Shown piece after piece: positions 31,661 to 45,817 of a stretch of DNA of 64,000 nt. The position numbers and the translations under genes are program-made. The notes beneath the pieces are model-generated. The model searched no databases. It worked only from the letters and a program-made list of their open reading frames with translations, and had not been told where the DNA came from. Every line of letters starts with the position of its first letter. Positions within the stretch are counted from its first letter, which is position 1. This DNA is from the human T2T-CHM13v2.0 reference genome, Homo sapiens: assembly GCF_009914755.1 (NCBI RefSeq), contig NC_060943.1, one strand, 5' to 3'.

Positions 31661-32139
31661 CAGACCTGGGTTCTAATGACCCCTTTGCTTTCATTTGTGA
31701 AAAGATACTTTCAGTGCAGAGCTGATGGGATGCAGTGCAGACACAAACAATCCGGCAGGTCCCAGGACAATGTGTGACTGATTTTCTGCACCTCCTGGAC
31801 TTGTCTCCACCTCACACAAGGGCCACCGCCAAATGGCTGTGGGAGGGTGTGTCCTGCCGTTTTGGGCACTTGGGCGGCTGGGCTTCCGCCCCCAGGAGCC
31901 ATGTTGGATCCATTCCAAGACAGTCACTCTCTGTCCACTTCTTCACAGAGAACATCTCTATATTGAGGAAGTTTAATTTGAGGCCAGCAGGAATCATAGT
32001 GTATGGGTTTGCCTGAAACAGGCTCACATGCAGGCAATGGCTAAATAAAAATCTCCAAATAGCCATGCCCTATTTTTGCATTTTTATGAGTTCTTTGAAA
32101 GGAAAAAAGAAGGGGTGAGGAAGAAATTAAGAAATACAA

Positions 32140-32275
32140 GGCTGAGCACAGTGGCTAACGCCTGTCATCTCAGAGCATTGGGAGGATGGTGGGGAGGATG
32201 GCTTGAGGCCAGGAGTTCAAGATCAGCCTGGGTAACATAGTGAGACCCCATCTTTAGAAAATAAAAAGAAAAATA
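32140..32275 (+). mobile_element. FLAM / Alu left monomer
   Basis: Monomer with A-rich tail. Confidence 0.85.
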
Positions 32276-32731
32276 AAATCTTTACAGAAAGAACTACAAG
32301 ATGTTTCCCTGTCCTTACCTGATCTCCCAGTTGCAGGGCACCTAGGAAGGGAGGGGAAAGTGCAGGGGGCCTCCTGCATGGGCAGCCAGGTCATGGGTCC
32401 TGCCAACAGCCTCTGCCCAGCTCCTCTTCTATAAGTGGACCTTGGCCCTGTCCTCCGTATGCACCTGTTCTGTCTCCTCTGACTTGGAGAGACAGCTTTG
32501 CCTTTCTGCCTCAGAAGATGGAAAAAGGAGGGAAGTACCCCAAGATGTCACCATTCACTCCCCCAGCTCCTGGGAAGATGCCCAGCTAAGAGGTGCCCAA
32601 TGCCAGCAGGCCCAGCACTGCCAGCTCCCAGGGACCCAGGCCAAGCCAGAGACTGGCCTGGGCTCATTGTAGAGGAGAAATGGATGAGGAGAGAGAAGCA
32701 ACATGCGGTTTTAATTCTTTGTTAAAAACTT

Positions 32732-33122
<391 letters not shown>

Positions 33123-35092
33123 TCAATATACAATTCAAAAAAGCCTCCAAATTGCCGCTGCTGTCATGCTAAGCATTGGAAAGTTCTGCTTGACCTTTTA
33201 TTAACATTTTTCTAAACCAATATGTTTGGTGTGGTGGTTTTGTCTTTTTTTTTTCTTTTTTTTTCTTTTTTTTTTTTTTTTTTTTTGCTACAAGCACCCT
33301 GAGGACTTATGAAAAATACTTTTTTCTGTAGTTTATCCCATATGCAGTTAATAGGCTCACAAATATAATACCATTATAAAAAAGAAAAACTGCCAACTCT
33401 GCTAAAAAAATTGTCATAACACTAAATTATTATATAAATATAAAAGGAGTGTGTCTGTAAAATATTCACTCAATGAACATCCCAAGGTGATGGTTTTGCT
33501 ATGTTGTTTTTATTCCTGAGAGATCCATAACACACTCGAATATGCCACATGTCACCACATGAATCAGGCAGTTAATACATGTGCTTTTTAGAAGCACGGA
33601 TGTCTTCCTGATAGAATGTGCTATAAAAAAATGTGGAGATCCGGCTGCTTTGTCTGATAGGCATAATTTAATGTCTGGCTTATAATACTGCATCTTAAGG
33701 AAAAATACCCACTGTCCTATGTAGTTATTTACAATATATTGCTAAGTCTATGCAAATATGTTTCCCCGAGCCTGGGATTATATAACAAAGGTCAACAATG
33801 TTTGAAATATTTTGAAGCATATTCCCAATATGCGTAGTGTATGGTGCTAATATCCAATATATGCACATATATCTTAATATATTTCCAGATCTTTCTGTTC
33901 ATTGTTCTCTCCGTAGCTTCCCACAGAATACTATTAGAGAAATGTTTTCTTCTGAGTAAAGCCAAACGTTGCCTATCCATCTTGGAAAAATTTATTAAGG
34001 TGGCTAATTATGCGGTCCTTAATATTGCATTAGTAGGAAGGTTGCTCAATGCCACTGCGGAAGAGAAAAAGATAGAAGCCAGTTCAATAATACTGAAACC
34101 AGAGACGCAATACGTGCAAAAATCAGCACACACCTATGTCATCCTATTTTTCTGCCCCAGATTTCCAAATCAGGCAATTCCACTTAGGGATCACATGTGT
34201 GCCTATGCACCCACACGCACACACACACGCACACACATGCTTGTGATCTGGTGTGCACAAAACCAACATTACAAGCCACACATTCTGCTTCTCCCTTCCA
34301 AATATTGCAGATTTTGCCCTTATTTTTCTGAATTTTGTGATCACCTGTGCCTTTCATTCAAATCGCTTCCTTCAAGAGAAAAAGAAATGGTTTGGCTAAT
34401 TGCACAAGAGTAGGGGAGAGGGTTGTGGAAACCAGACCTGCGCTATCCAAGCCACATCCAGAAAATAGCATAAAAGAGAGATTTGTTTACATCAAAGGTA
34501 TATGAAATCTGAGCCCTCAATTCTGTCCCCCATTTCAAATTATATTGTTCCTCTATCATTCTCCAGTCACTGGGTTGAACCAAATTGGGAAGACTACAGT
34601 AAAACAGACACCAAAACAAGAGACTGAGGTCATTAGAAAGAGGCCGATCCCCAGAAAAGATACTCTTCCCTGGTATGTGGACCAGGCTGGACTTTGCATG
34701 TGGCTTTTCATATCTGTGCTGCTGTGACACTGTGTAGCTGTCCCAAACTCTGGTCCACAACATCACCCAGAGGTTGACTCTGGCAGCTTCAGACTGCCTT
34801 GGTATTTTGGGTCCTCGAAAACCCCAAGGCTAAAAATCCTTCCAGCCAATCCATGTTTTAAGACGCTACAAAAATCACCCATTTTCAAGGACTAATGGAG
34901 TATGTCTAGATGTGGCTATGGAACTGATGTATTTTTTTAGAATCTTTTTCCGTGTTATCAGTCCAACCAGCCACACAGCCCACCTGATGAGGATTTTTAA
35001 AAAGAGCCAAAGCTGTGAAACCTCTCTCGCCAGCAGAAATGAGTTATCTAGAAGCTTCTTGAACAGAATTCTCTCAGGAGGCGAGATTAAGT

Positions 35093-35205
35093 CTGTAATC
35101 CCAGCACTTTGGGAGGCCAAGGCAGGAGGATTGCTTGAGGCCAGGAGTTCAAGACCAGCCTGGGCAACCCATCTCTACAAAAAAAAAAAAAATTAATTAA
35201 AAAAA
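35093..35205 (+). mobile_element. FLAM / Alu left monomer fragment
   Basis: ctgtaatcccagcactttgggaggcc... followed by A tail. Confidence 0.85.
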
Positions 35206-35314
35206 TGAGTTATCTCAGGAAGGCAATCAGACACACAATGCAAGCCTCCTCATGAGAAAGTCAGCTCTGCAGTTTCCCCAGAAGAGAATGTCATTACCAG
35301 AAATTCACACCCAT

Positions 35315-35428
35315 AATCCCCGCACTTTGGAAGGCCAAGGATGGTGAATCACTTGAGCCCAGGAGTTCAAGACCAGCCTGGGCGACATAGTGACTGAGAC
35401 ACCATCTCTTTAAAAAAAAAAAAAAAAT
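35315..35428 (+). mobile_element. FLAM / Alu left monomer fragment
   Basis: ataatccccgcactttggaaggcc... followed by A tail. Confidence 0.85.
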
Positions 35429-36312
35429 TAATGACCTTCTTGCTTGACTCTGGCCATGGGGTTTCCTGAACCCCCATGATGATCCCACAAAGTGTGGGGG
35501 AAGTGGGAAAATAGAACAACACACATGTATGCTCAAGACAGCTCCTATTTCCTCCTAAGCCATAAACTGCTTCATAGAACCTTCCAGAAGGTTTTGAGGA
35601 AGGGTTTTCACAAGGGCCGAGAGAGCTGCGAGCATCTTTGTTCTCCCACTGGAAACTCAACTGTATATAAGACACAGCAAATGTTAAATCATTTAAAGAG
35701 AGCTATTTTTCATAGTTTCCAGTACATAAATGTGTTTCAGTACATGTTATTGTAAAATAGTGTTCCTACTTACGTTCTTATACATCTGTTGTTGTGTTTA
35801 CTCATCCTTTCGTTCTGACTTTTAGAAATAGCAATAAATCTATTTTTTAATCCCCTCTGCTGATGACTGATTATTCATTGCTAAAAGGGGTGGAAGGAGG
35901 TCCATGTGAAGAGTGATCCGCCCTCCAGCACAAGCTCCACTTTCACAAGATAAACAGGGTCCAGGGAGATTCCTCTTTCGTCCTGGGTAGTTTATGCAAA
36001 CTAAATAAGGACTTGGTGGCAGCTCAAACAAATATAAATTACCCTCCAGTGGAAACTCCAACCACTTGTTACAGTCAATTTCAGTAAGGAGGAGCCAAGG
36101 GTGACATCTACACAAACAATACAATTCATTTCTATACTGCATCCCTAATACAAAGATTGCAAAGGGCTTCGCGGGAGTCAGTCATCACTGATCTAAACCA
36201 AACAGGGTGGGAAGCCAAGAAGGCAGAAGGAGGAGAAGAGGAACTGCTGCTTCTGGACCCTGGGAAGAATCCCAGCTGTAATTGGAATCCCACCAAAGCA
36301 AGTGCCTACAGC

Positions 36313-37000
<688 letters not shown>

Positions 37001-37139
37001 TACCCCAGGTGACAGACAATTTCACAGAGCCACTCATCGCATGGGGATTGCAGAATACATCACAAAGGACCCTCTAAGCACTTTCCCTAAACCGTATTGT
37101 GCAGTATGTTTGCCCCTCTGTCTACAACTAAACGGTGCT

Positions 37140-37275
37140 TTAACTGCATTCCTTGGGCTAAGTGATGGAGCAAACTTAATTTCCTCATCTGTAAAATAGG
37201 GATACCAGTGCCAGTCTAACAGGCCACCACGAAGACCTAAGACTTTATGCATCTGTAAACTGCACATCATTAATG
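37140..37275. mobile_element. MIR remnant
   Basis: ccttgggctaagtga...aatttcctcatctgtaaaataggggata core. Confidence 0.7.
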
Positions 37276-37552
37276 CACACATGTGTGTTAGTGGAAGTAA
37301 CAACCATAGCTACTGGGCTAGTATTTCAGCATGTGGGGCAGGGAAACCCTGGTTCAATGCCTAGAACTTAGCATCCAGAATAGTCACCGAATGGTGACCC
37401 CCATCCAGTTCCATTTGATGTCTAACTGGCTGCTTTGGTGATTGCTTCTGTTTTTAGGGCCTTTCAAATTTACTCTGCTTTAACATATCTGCTGATGATA
37501 TGAATGTCTGTACTTATGTCTACCAGTTCTTACCTTAGAGTACTGGCTGGGA

Positions 37553-37834
37553 TTTTTTTTTTCTTTTCTAAGATGGAGTCTCACTTTGTTGCCCAGGCTA
37601 GAATGCAGTGGTGCTATCTTGGCTCACTGCAGCCTCTGCCTCCACGGTTCGAGCAATTTTCCTGACTCAGTCTCCTGAGTAGCTGGGATTACAGGTATGC
37701 ACCACCATACCTATCTAGTTTATGTATTTTTAGTAGAGATGATGGCCAGGCTGGTCTCAAACTCCTGACCTCAAGTGATCTGCCTGCCTTGGCCTCCCAA
37801 AGTGGCTCACAAGTGTGAGCCACTGTGCCCGGCC
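37553..37834 (-). mobile_element. AluS SINE
   Basis: TSD tactggc(t/c)g(g/a)gatttttt. Confidence 0.95.
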
Positions 37835-38039
37835 TACTGGCCGAGATTTTTTGATGAACTTTTTAATGGCATCTCTCCCAGATACCTTACAATGGGATTC
37901 CCTTGCAGGTGCTTCCATTTGCACTTAGCCCGTGGTCAAGCTTGTTTATTTTGCCACACTCAAAAGTGAATTCCAATGAATATTGGAAAAGGCCACAGGA
38001 TCTGGTTATTTTTCCAATCATATAATGCTGATTTTCTTG

Positions 38040-38075
<36 letters not shown>

Positions 38076-38333
38076 TTGTTAACCACATGTATTGCAAACT
38101 CTTCTTCCTAAAACCTTCTTGGCATGTGGTCATCTCTGGGTCACATCAGAAAGGACCAATTGCAAACAAAACCACCTTGAGGCTGGACAAAAGGAAAAGA
38201 ATGAGATGGACTCTTTCTTGCTGGGTTCTTTTGGAGATGGCGAGGCATAGCAGGGTGAAAGAAACTTGGCTTTGAACTTGAGTTTCAATCTCAATTCTGC
38301 CATTTGTATACGTGCCCTTAAACAGCTGGTACC

Positions 38334-38733
38334 TGATATAGTTTAGATATTTGTCTACATTGGAATCTCATTTTGAAATGTAATTCCCAATGTTGGAGGT
38401 GGGGCCAGGTGGGAGGTGTTTCGGTCATGGGGGTGGATCCCTCATGACTTGGTACTGTCCTGGCAATAATGAGTGAGGTCTTGCAAGATCTAATTGTTTA
38501 AGAGTGTGTGGCTCCTGCCCCTTCTCTCCTGCTCCTGCTTCCACCATGAGAGGTGCCTGCCCCCTCTTCGCCTTCTGCCATGTTTGGAAGCTTCCTGAGG
38601 CCTCACCAGAAACAGATGCAGGTGCTATGCTTCCTGTACAACCTGCAGAACTTGAGCCAATTAAACCTCTTTTCTTTATAAATTACCTAGTCTCAGGTAT
38701 TTCTTTATAGCAATGCAAGAACAGCCTAATACA
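38334..38733 (+). mobile_element. MST (MSTA/B) MaLR solo LTR
   Basis: tgatatagttt...aatgttggaggtggggcc...ccaattaaacctcttttctttataaattacc...cctaataca. Confidence 0.9.
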
Positions 38734-41700
38734 GTGTCCGGTCTTGGGGCCTTTCCTGGAAGGAGAGGAGGGCGGTACAGGGAGGACTCCATAAGACAAC
38801 AGGCCAAGGACTATGGCTTGGTGGGTACTGAGCATTTGGTGAAGCCTAGTTCTCTTACTCAAGCTTCAGGTGACACAATCATCACGGGGCACCTGAAGTA
38901 TCATAGGACTGCGCCAGTGGAGGAGTTGTGGACAAGTTGGTACAGGATGTGCATGCACATAAATAGTCTCCTCTTCATAACTTTCTGTTGAAAGAAATGG
39001 AGCCATCTCCAGCAAGGAACCATGAGACTTTCTCATGGCTTGAGCTGTGACCTCCAGAAACGTCCTCCAACAGAGCCGTCCAACAGTGGATTTTCCTGCC
39101 CAACAGCCCAACACACGAGTGCAAGTTTGATCTTCGCCACCTCCTCCAATGCTATGGTAGGTGACCCCGGCAGCAGGATTGGAATGATTATTGAAGTCAT
39201 TGCTTCATTCTCAGACTACACCAACCAATGCCCAGTTCAGCTTTTCCCCACCAGTCTCTTGGCTGTTTCAACCAAATTACAAAAACGTGAAGATAAAATA
39301 ATTAGAAATGCTCATTTGTCACTGAGAATCTGGCAAGCAAAACCTATATTTTGCAAGAAGTTTTAATATTGTACTTTTTTGTGCTTTCCTAAACTAATTT
39401 AGTCTACTAATTTTCTATAATTACCTGCATGCTCTTAGCTTCCGCTGGTCAGATGAGTTCTGAGACACTTATATAACCGGCATTAAAAAGATGCATTTAG
39501 CGGCTCAGATGGTTAAAGTACCAAAGCCTATAGAATCCGGAGGTTATTGTATTCTCCCACAAGTACTTAAATAATAGCCTAAAATCTGAAGAATTACTTT
39601 AATACTCCAATAAAAATAACCCAATTCAAAACATTTTCAAGGAAACAGAGTTCTTTGCTCTAGGCTACCGAGTAATGGCTGAGAAAAAGTATATAGCCTG
39701 TCACTTCTGATTAGAGAACTGTGCCTCTGTGCTTTGAATGAGGGGCATGTCTGGTAATAGGAAGTGCAGATATTAAAGTTAATAAAATAATGTGGAATAC
39801 GATATATATGAAACTTGACCAACTAGAGCACAGAATATAACATACATTACCCTGTTCAGTCAACTCCTGTGGCCCGGCATCTAATGACAAGTTTAATTTC
39901 TGTTTCCAATGAGAGTACAGCTAAAAATACAATTTCCAGATTAGACAAATATTTTATCCGACTCCCTAACAAATGTAACCAAGAATGGCTGACGTGTCTA
40001 CACAGATGCCCAGTGACCATGAGAGGGAATTACTAGGATTGCAAACTGCTCAGCCTCAAAAGTCCGTGAAACCCCATCATCTTTGAGGTCATTATAAATA
40101 ATTAGTTGCAGACGCAGAGATGTTGAGGCTTCGTCACTAGGAAAGCACAAGGGTGGATCCATTTCTCTCCTGCCCTGAGAGGCTCCAAGCTCCCTCTCGG
40201 CACAATTAGGCCTCCCCAAACCATCCGACATCAAGGCCCCTGAACACCCATTATTGCATCTTTAATCTAAAACCCCAACGCCAACCATAATGGTTTTTGT
40301 TTTTCGATACATTAACCTTCAACTTGTATTTTCACTATTAAATAACCAGCCTGAGAACCTCTTAGAATTTTTTTTTCCCAGTCACCTACAAGAAACCATG
40401 CAGTTCCCATGACATGACCCTCTTAAGGGATTTAAAAGCAATTCAATGAGCTAATCTCAGTAAACCTAGAATTAAAGTTCTTGTTTCCATATTTCACTTT
40501 CAAAATATTTAGAACTTTGACAGATATGACATTATGTTTTCATTAAAACAGCTGATTTCAAAATGTTGCTCTGTGCAGAAACGCCATAAACAGTTTATGA
40601 TGAACTGCCACGCTCTTAATTAAAACAATAAATCCAGCACACAATATTTGTGCAGCCTCCGGTCTGACCTTTGCCTCTTGCTATCCACCACCAAGCCGCG
40701 GCTGCGTTCCCAACGCCAGACGTGGAAGGTTTTAAAACATGATCTGAAAGGCACTAAAGATAAAATAAGAGAAAACGTACCATTAGTCTTCGCAGTTATG
40801 ATTAATTCAGTTCATATTTTACAATCTGGTTATGGAGTAAAACTGCAGACTTTACATCAAGTATTTGCCATTCACTATACCTAATGTATAAAAATGCTTG
40901 ATATTTTAGAAAATGGCACCGAGCTAATTCACCACAACCCCATGAAGGACAGGAATTGAAATAATAAAAACAGAGAGTGATTCGCTATCCATCCAAAGTG
41001 AAGATAGGTTCGCACTGGTTGGACGGTCAGCCTCGGACGATAAATATGTCGATTGCAGCCCGGCTTCACCATGCCACGTTTATCTCTGTGCCGCGAGATT
41101 TCAGATTAAAATATTCCCTAAATCTCTCACATCTGCTTCCAGAGCAGGCAACAAGGGTGTTAATTACCAAGCAGTAATGACAGTTGATTTGTTTCCCTGG
41201 CCTGGAGGCACCAAGCTAACTTCCAGCCTTGCCATCCTCAAGGACAGAAATGATTCTGAACTGGGGCTCACTCATTTGTACCCCATAGAGAGAGAGCACT
41301 GGGCTGGTTTGGGGACCATTTTGTAGCCTCTCTGTGGAGGGATGCGTGGACAGCCAGCATCTGGGCTCCAGGAGAAAATGCTCCCAGCTGTCTTTGGAGC
41401 ACAGACTTCCTGCAGGAAGGGGAGGGAGTGTCCAGGCACCTTTGAGGGCATGGAGACCTACCTCATGATGCCTGCAGCAGGCTGACCCCCAAGACACCTC
41501 CCCATCACACCTAACATGAGCATGTGTCCCCATGCCCGTCCTCCGGGCTTTGTCTTACCACCTTCTCTGTCTTTCCAACCCTCTGTCCCCACCTGCTCCA
41601 CATCCATATGACAAACACATGCACACAATACATGGACTAATGCAGAGCTGGGGAAGCAAAGCCTCTGAGGCTGGGAGACCAAGGGTGACAGTGAGTGGGA

Positions 41701-42319
41701 CCCAGCTCTGCAGGTCCTTGTCTGAGTTGCAGGCAGAGTGCACCAGGGTTCCAGAAAGATGGAGGAAAGGAAAGCAGTGCTGGCCATGGGAGGCCATTCA
41801 GGCTCGCAGCCCCGGACCTGGGTTCCTTCTGCCCACATTAGAAGGAGTAGAACCCCACGTGGGCCACCTCTCTCTGCCAGGGCAAGACCCTCACGTTGGC
41901 CTACCTGGCTCCAGCCTTTGCTCACCTCCAAAGCCTATCATGCCTTTCCTCTCCCCTCTCCAGGACCCTTACTTCCCTCTAAGGGCCCTTTCCAGCCTAC
42001 ACAGCACAGTGGACTTAGAGCTGTCATCGGGACCTGAACCCTGGAGGGAACCAATGCTATGCACCCCTGCCTGCCATGGAGCCTCCGAAGCGGCTTCCAG
42101 GGAAGGCGCTGCCAGAGCCTTTCTCCTACCTGGCCCTAAAGACGTGCCTTAGCCCTTGTTTGGTTGGGGAATTCTGTGCCAGCCATCCTAGCTGTGAAAG
42201 AGCCCTGCAGGAAGGTTAGGCCCTGGGGGTCCCTGAGCACCATCCAGGACTCCTGTGCTCCCCTGGCCCTGCCCCACGTGCAACATGGCTCTCTGCCAGG
42301 GTTCTCACTCAGTGTGCTC

Positions 42320-42321
<2 letters not shown>

Positions 42322-42359
<38 letters not shown>

Positions 42360-42381
42360 CGCGCGCGCGCGTGTGTGTGTA
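42322..42381. repeat. (TG)n-(CG)n alternating purine-pyrimidine tract
   Basis: tgtg...tgcgtgcgcgcgcgcgcgtgtgtgtgta. Confidence 0.95.
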
Positions 42382-42501
42382 TGTTCGGATGGGATCTCGT
42401 TATGTTGCTCAGGCTGGTCTTGAACTCCTGGGCTCAAGCGATCCTCCCATCTCGGCCTCCCAGAGTGATTGGATTATAGGCGTGCACCATCATGCCTGGT
42501 C
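42382..42501 (-). mobile_element. FLAM / Alu left monomer abutting the 3' end of the 5S pseudogene
   Basis: Reverse complement reads gaccaggcatgatggtgcacgcctataatcc...gagttcaagaccagcctgagcaacataacgagatccc. Confidence 0.9.
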
Positions 42502-42612
42502 AAGCCTACAGCGCCCAGTATTCCCAGACAGTCTCCCATCCAAGTACTAATCAGGCCCCAACCCTGCTTAGCTTCCAAGATCAGATAAGACCGGGCACAT
42601 TCAGGGTGATAT
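42502..42612 (-). pseudogene. 5S rRNA pseudogene (RNA5SP-type)
   Basis: Matches the reverse complement of 5S rRNA: aagcctacagc..ccagtattcccag.cagtctcccatccaagtactaa.caggccc.accctgcttagcttcc.agatcaga...ttcagggtg; CpG decay; first ~10 nt of 5S not recognisable. Confidence 0.95.
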
Positions 42613-42982
42613 TAGGGTTATGCCTTACACTTTGAATCAAGCATCAGAGTTGAGATGGGGCCCATCCACCTTCCTGTCTTCACAAAAGAAGGTACCCTAA
42701 TGGCAGTTAAACCCCTCTGCCCCCCACCATCTGCCCCTACACCCAGGTACTTGGACCAGAAGGAACAGCTCCAGATCCTGGGTACCTGCCATCCCACCCC
42801 CTACATTTTCCAGCTGTGCAGCCCACCCTGGCCCACAAGGTCACACTACATGTATCCCTGGGATCACAGTGGCCCCTGTGAATATCACCATTTTTTAGAA
42901 AACTGATAGATCAGAGGAATAAAGTCACCATCCTGAAGGCACCCAGTGAATAAGTGGCACCACGGAATTGAAACCCACACCC

Positions 42983-43290
42983 AGCTGAGCACGGTGGCTC
43001 ACACTCGTAATCCCAGTACTTTGGGAGACAGAGGCAAGTGGATCACCTGAGCTCAGGAGTTCAAGACCAGCCTGGCCAACATGGTGAAACCCCATCTCTA
43101 CAAAAAATACAAAAATTAGCCAGGTGTGGTGGCGCACACCCGTGGTCCCAGCTACTCAAGAGGCTGAGGCGGGGGGATCACTTGAGCCTAGGGGGTTAAG
43201 GCTGCGGTGAGCCATGTTCGTGCCATTACACTCCAGCCCAGGCATGCAGTCTCACTGCAGTCTGAGAGTGAGATCCTGTCTCAAAAAAAA
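42983..43290 (+). mobile_element. Alu SINE (S-like left arm, J-like right arm)
   Basis: Dimer with A tail. Confidence 0.9.
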
Positions 43291-43447
43291 GAAACGCACA
43301 TCCTCTGCCTTTAGGGCTGATAGGCCCTGATAGTAATGCCCTCCACCACCCTATGCAACCCCACCCTCGGTCAGACCCTTGAGTTTCTCAAACTGAGGCC
43401 CATAGATACGTCCTCAGGAGTTCACGACTCTTTTTTTTAAGTTATAA

Positions 43448-43737
43448 TTTTTTTTTTTTGAGACAGAGTCTCTCTGTCACCCAAGCTGGAGTGCAGTGGC
43501 ATGATCTTGGCTCACTGCAACCTCCACCCCTGGGTTCAAGCAACTCTTCTGCCTCAGCCTCCAGAGTAGCTGTGATTACAGGCATGCACCACCACTCCCA
43601 GCTAATTTTTGTATTTGTAGTAGAGTTGGGGTTTCACCATGTTGGCCAGGCTGGTCTCGAACTCCCGACTTCAGGTGATCCGCCTGCCTTGGCCTCACAA
43701 AGTGCTAGGATTACAGGCGTGAGCCACCGTGCCTGGC
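43448..43737 (-). mobile_element. AluS SINE
   Basis: Reverse dimer. Confidence 0.95.
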
Positions 43738-44082
43738 CGGTAAGTTTTAATTTTGTGAGTGTTTTCACTTAGCACATTCATCTAAAAGAAACAATGAATA
43801 AGATAAATTCTGGATCACCTGGGTGACCAGTCACCATGTCATCTCCATACAGTTTGTGTTTTCCGTCAGAACAGACATACCTCGTTTTATTGCATTCACT
43901 TTATTGCACCTCCCAGATAATTGTGTTTTTTACAAATTGAAGGTTTCTGGCAACCTTGCATGGAGCAAGTCTATGGGCACCATTGTTCCAACATCAGGTC
44001 CTCACTTCATGTCTCTGTGTCACATCTTGGCAATTCTTGCAATATTTCAAACTTTTTCATTACTATTATACCATTATGGTGA

Positions 44083-44417
<335 letters not shown>

Positions 44418-45157
44418 TTACTGTTGTCATTGTTTGGAGGTGCCAAGAACTACACCCACATAACATGGGGAATTTAATCGATAAATGTGCACGTTCTGAC
44501 CGCTTCACCAACTGATTATTCCTTCATCTCTCTCCCTCTCCCCAGGCCTCCCTATTCCCTGAGACACAACAATATTGAAAACTGGTCAATGAATAACCCT
44601 AAAATGTCCTCTAAGTGTTCAAGTGAAAGGAAGAGTCACGTGTCTCTCATTTTAAATTAAAAGCTAGAAATGATTAAGTTTAGTGAAGAAAGCAGGTCGA
44701 AAGCTGAGATAGGCTGAAAGCGAGGCATCTGGTGCTAGTTAGTCAAGTTGTGAATGCAAACAAAAGTTCTTGAAAGAAATTAGAAGTGCTACTCCAGTGA
44801 ACACACGAATGATAAGAAAGCTAAACAGACTCATTGCTGATAAGGAGAAAGTTTGAGTGGTCTGGATAGAAGATCAAACCAACCACAACATTCCCTTAAG
44901 CCACGGCCTAATCCAGAGCAGCCCCTAACTCTCTTCAATTCTATGAAGCCTCAGCGAGGTGAGAAAGCTGCAGAAGAAAAGTTGGAAGCTAGCAGAGTTT
45001 GGTTCATGGGGCTTAAGGAAAGAAGCCAACTCCATAACATAAAAGTGCAAGGTGAAGCAGCACATGCTGATGGAGAAGCTGCAGCAAGTTATCCAGAAGA
45101 TCTAAGACTATTGAGAAGGTAGACACACTAAACAATAGATTGTGTTTCTTTGTTTGG

Positions 45158-45817
<660 letters not shown>

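Noticed and set aside
33841-34413. 190-aa ORF
   Set aside because: Runs through a (CA)-type repeat, has an AT-driven composition with no recognisable domain and no splice structure; likely chance
41532-42152. 206-aa ORF, the longest in the window
   Set aside because: GC-rich Pro/Leu/Ser sequence with overlapping ORFs in other frames and no domain resemblance
42502-42612. Functional 5S rRNA gene
   Set aside because: 5' end lost, many substitutions including CpG decay, single dispersed copy
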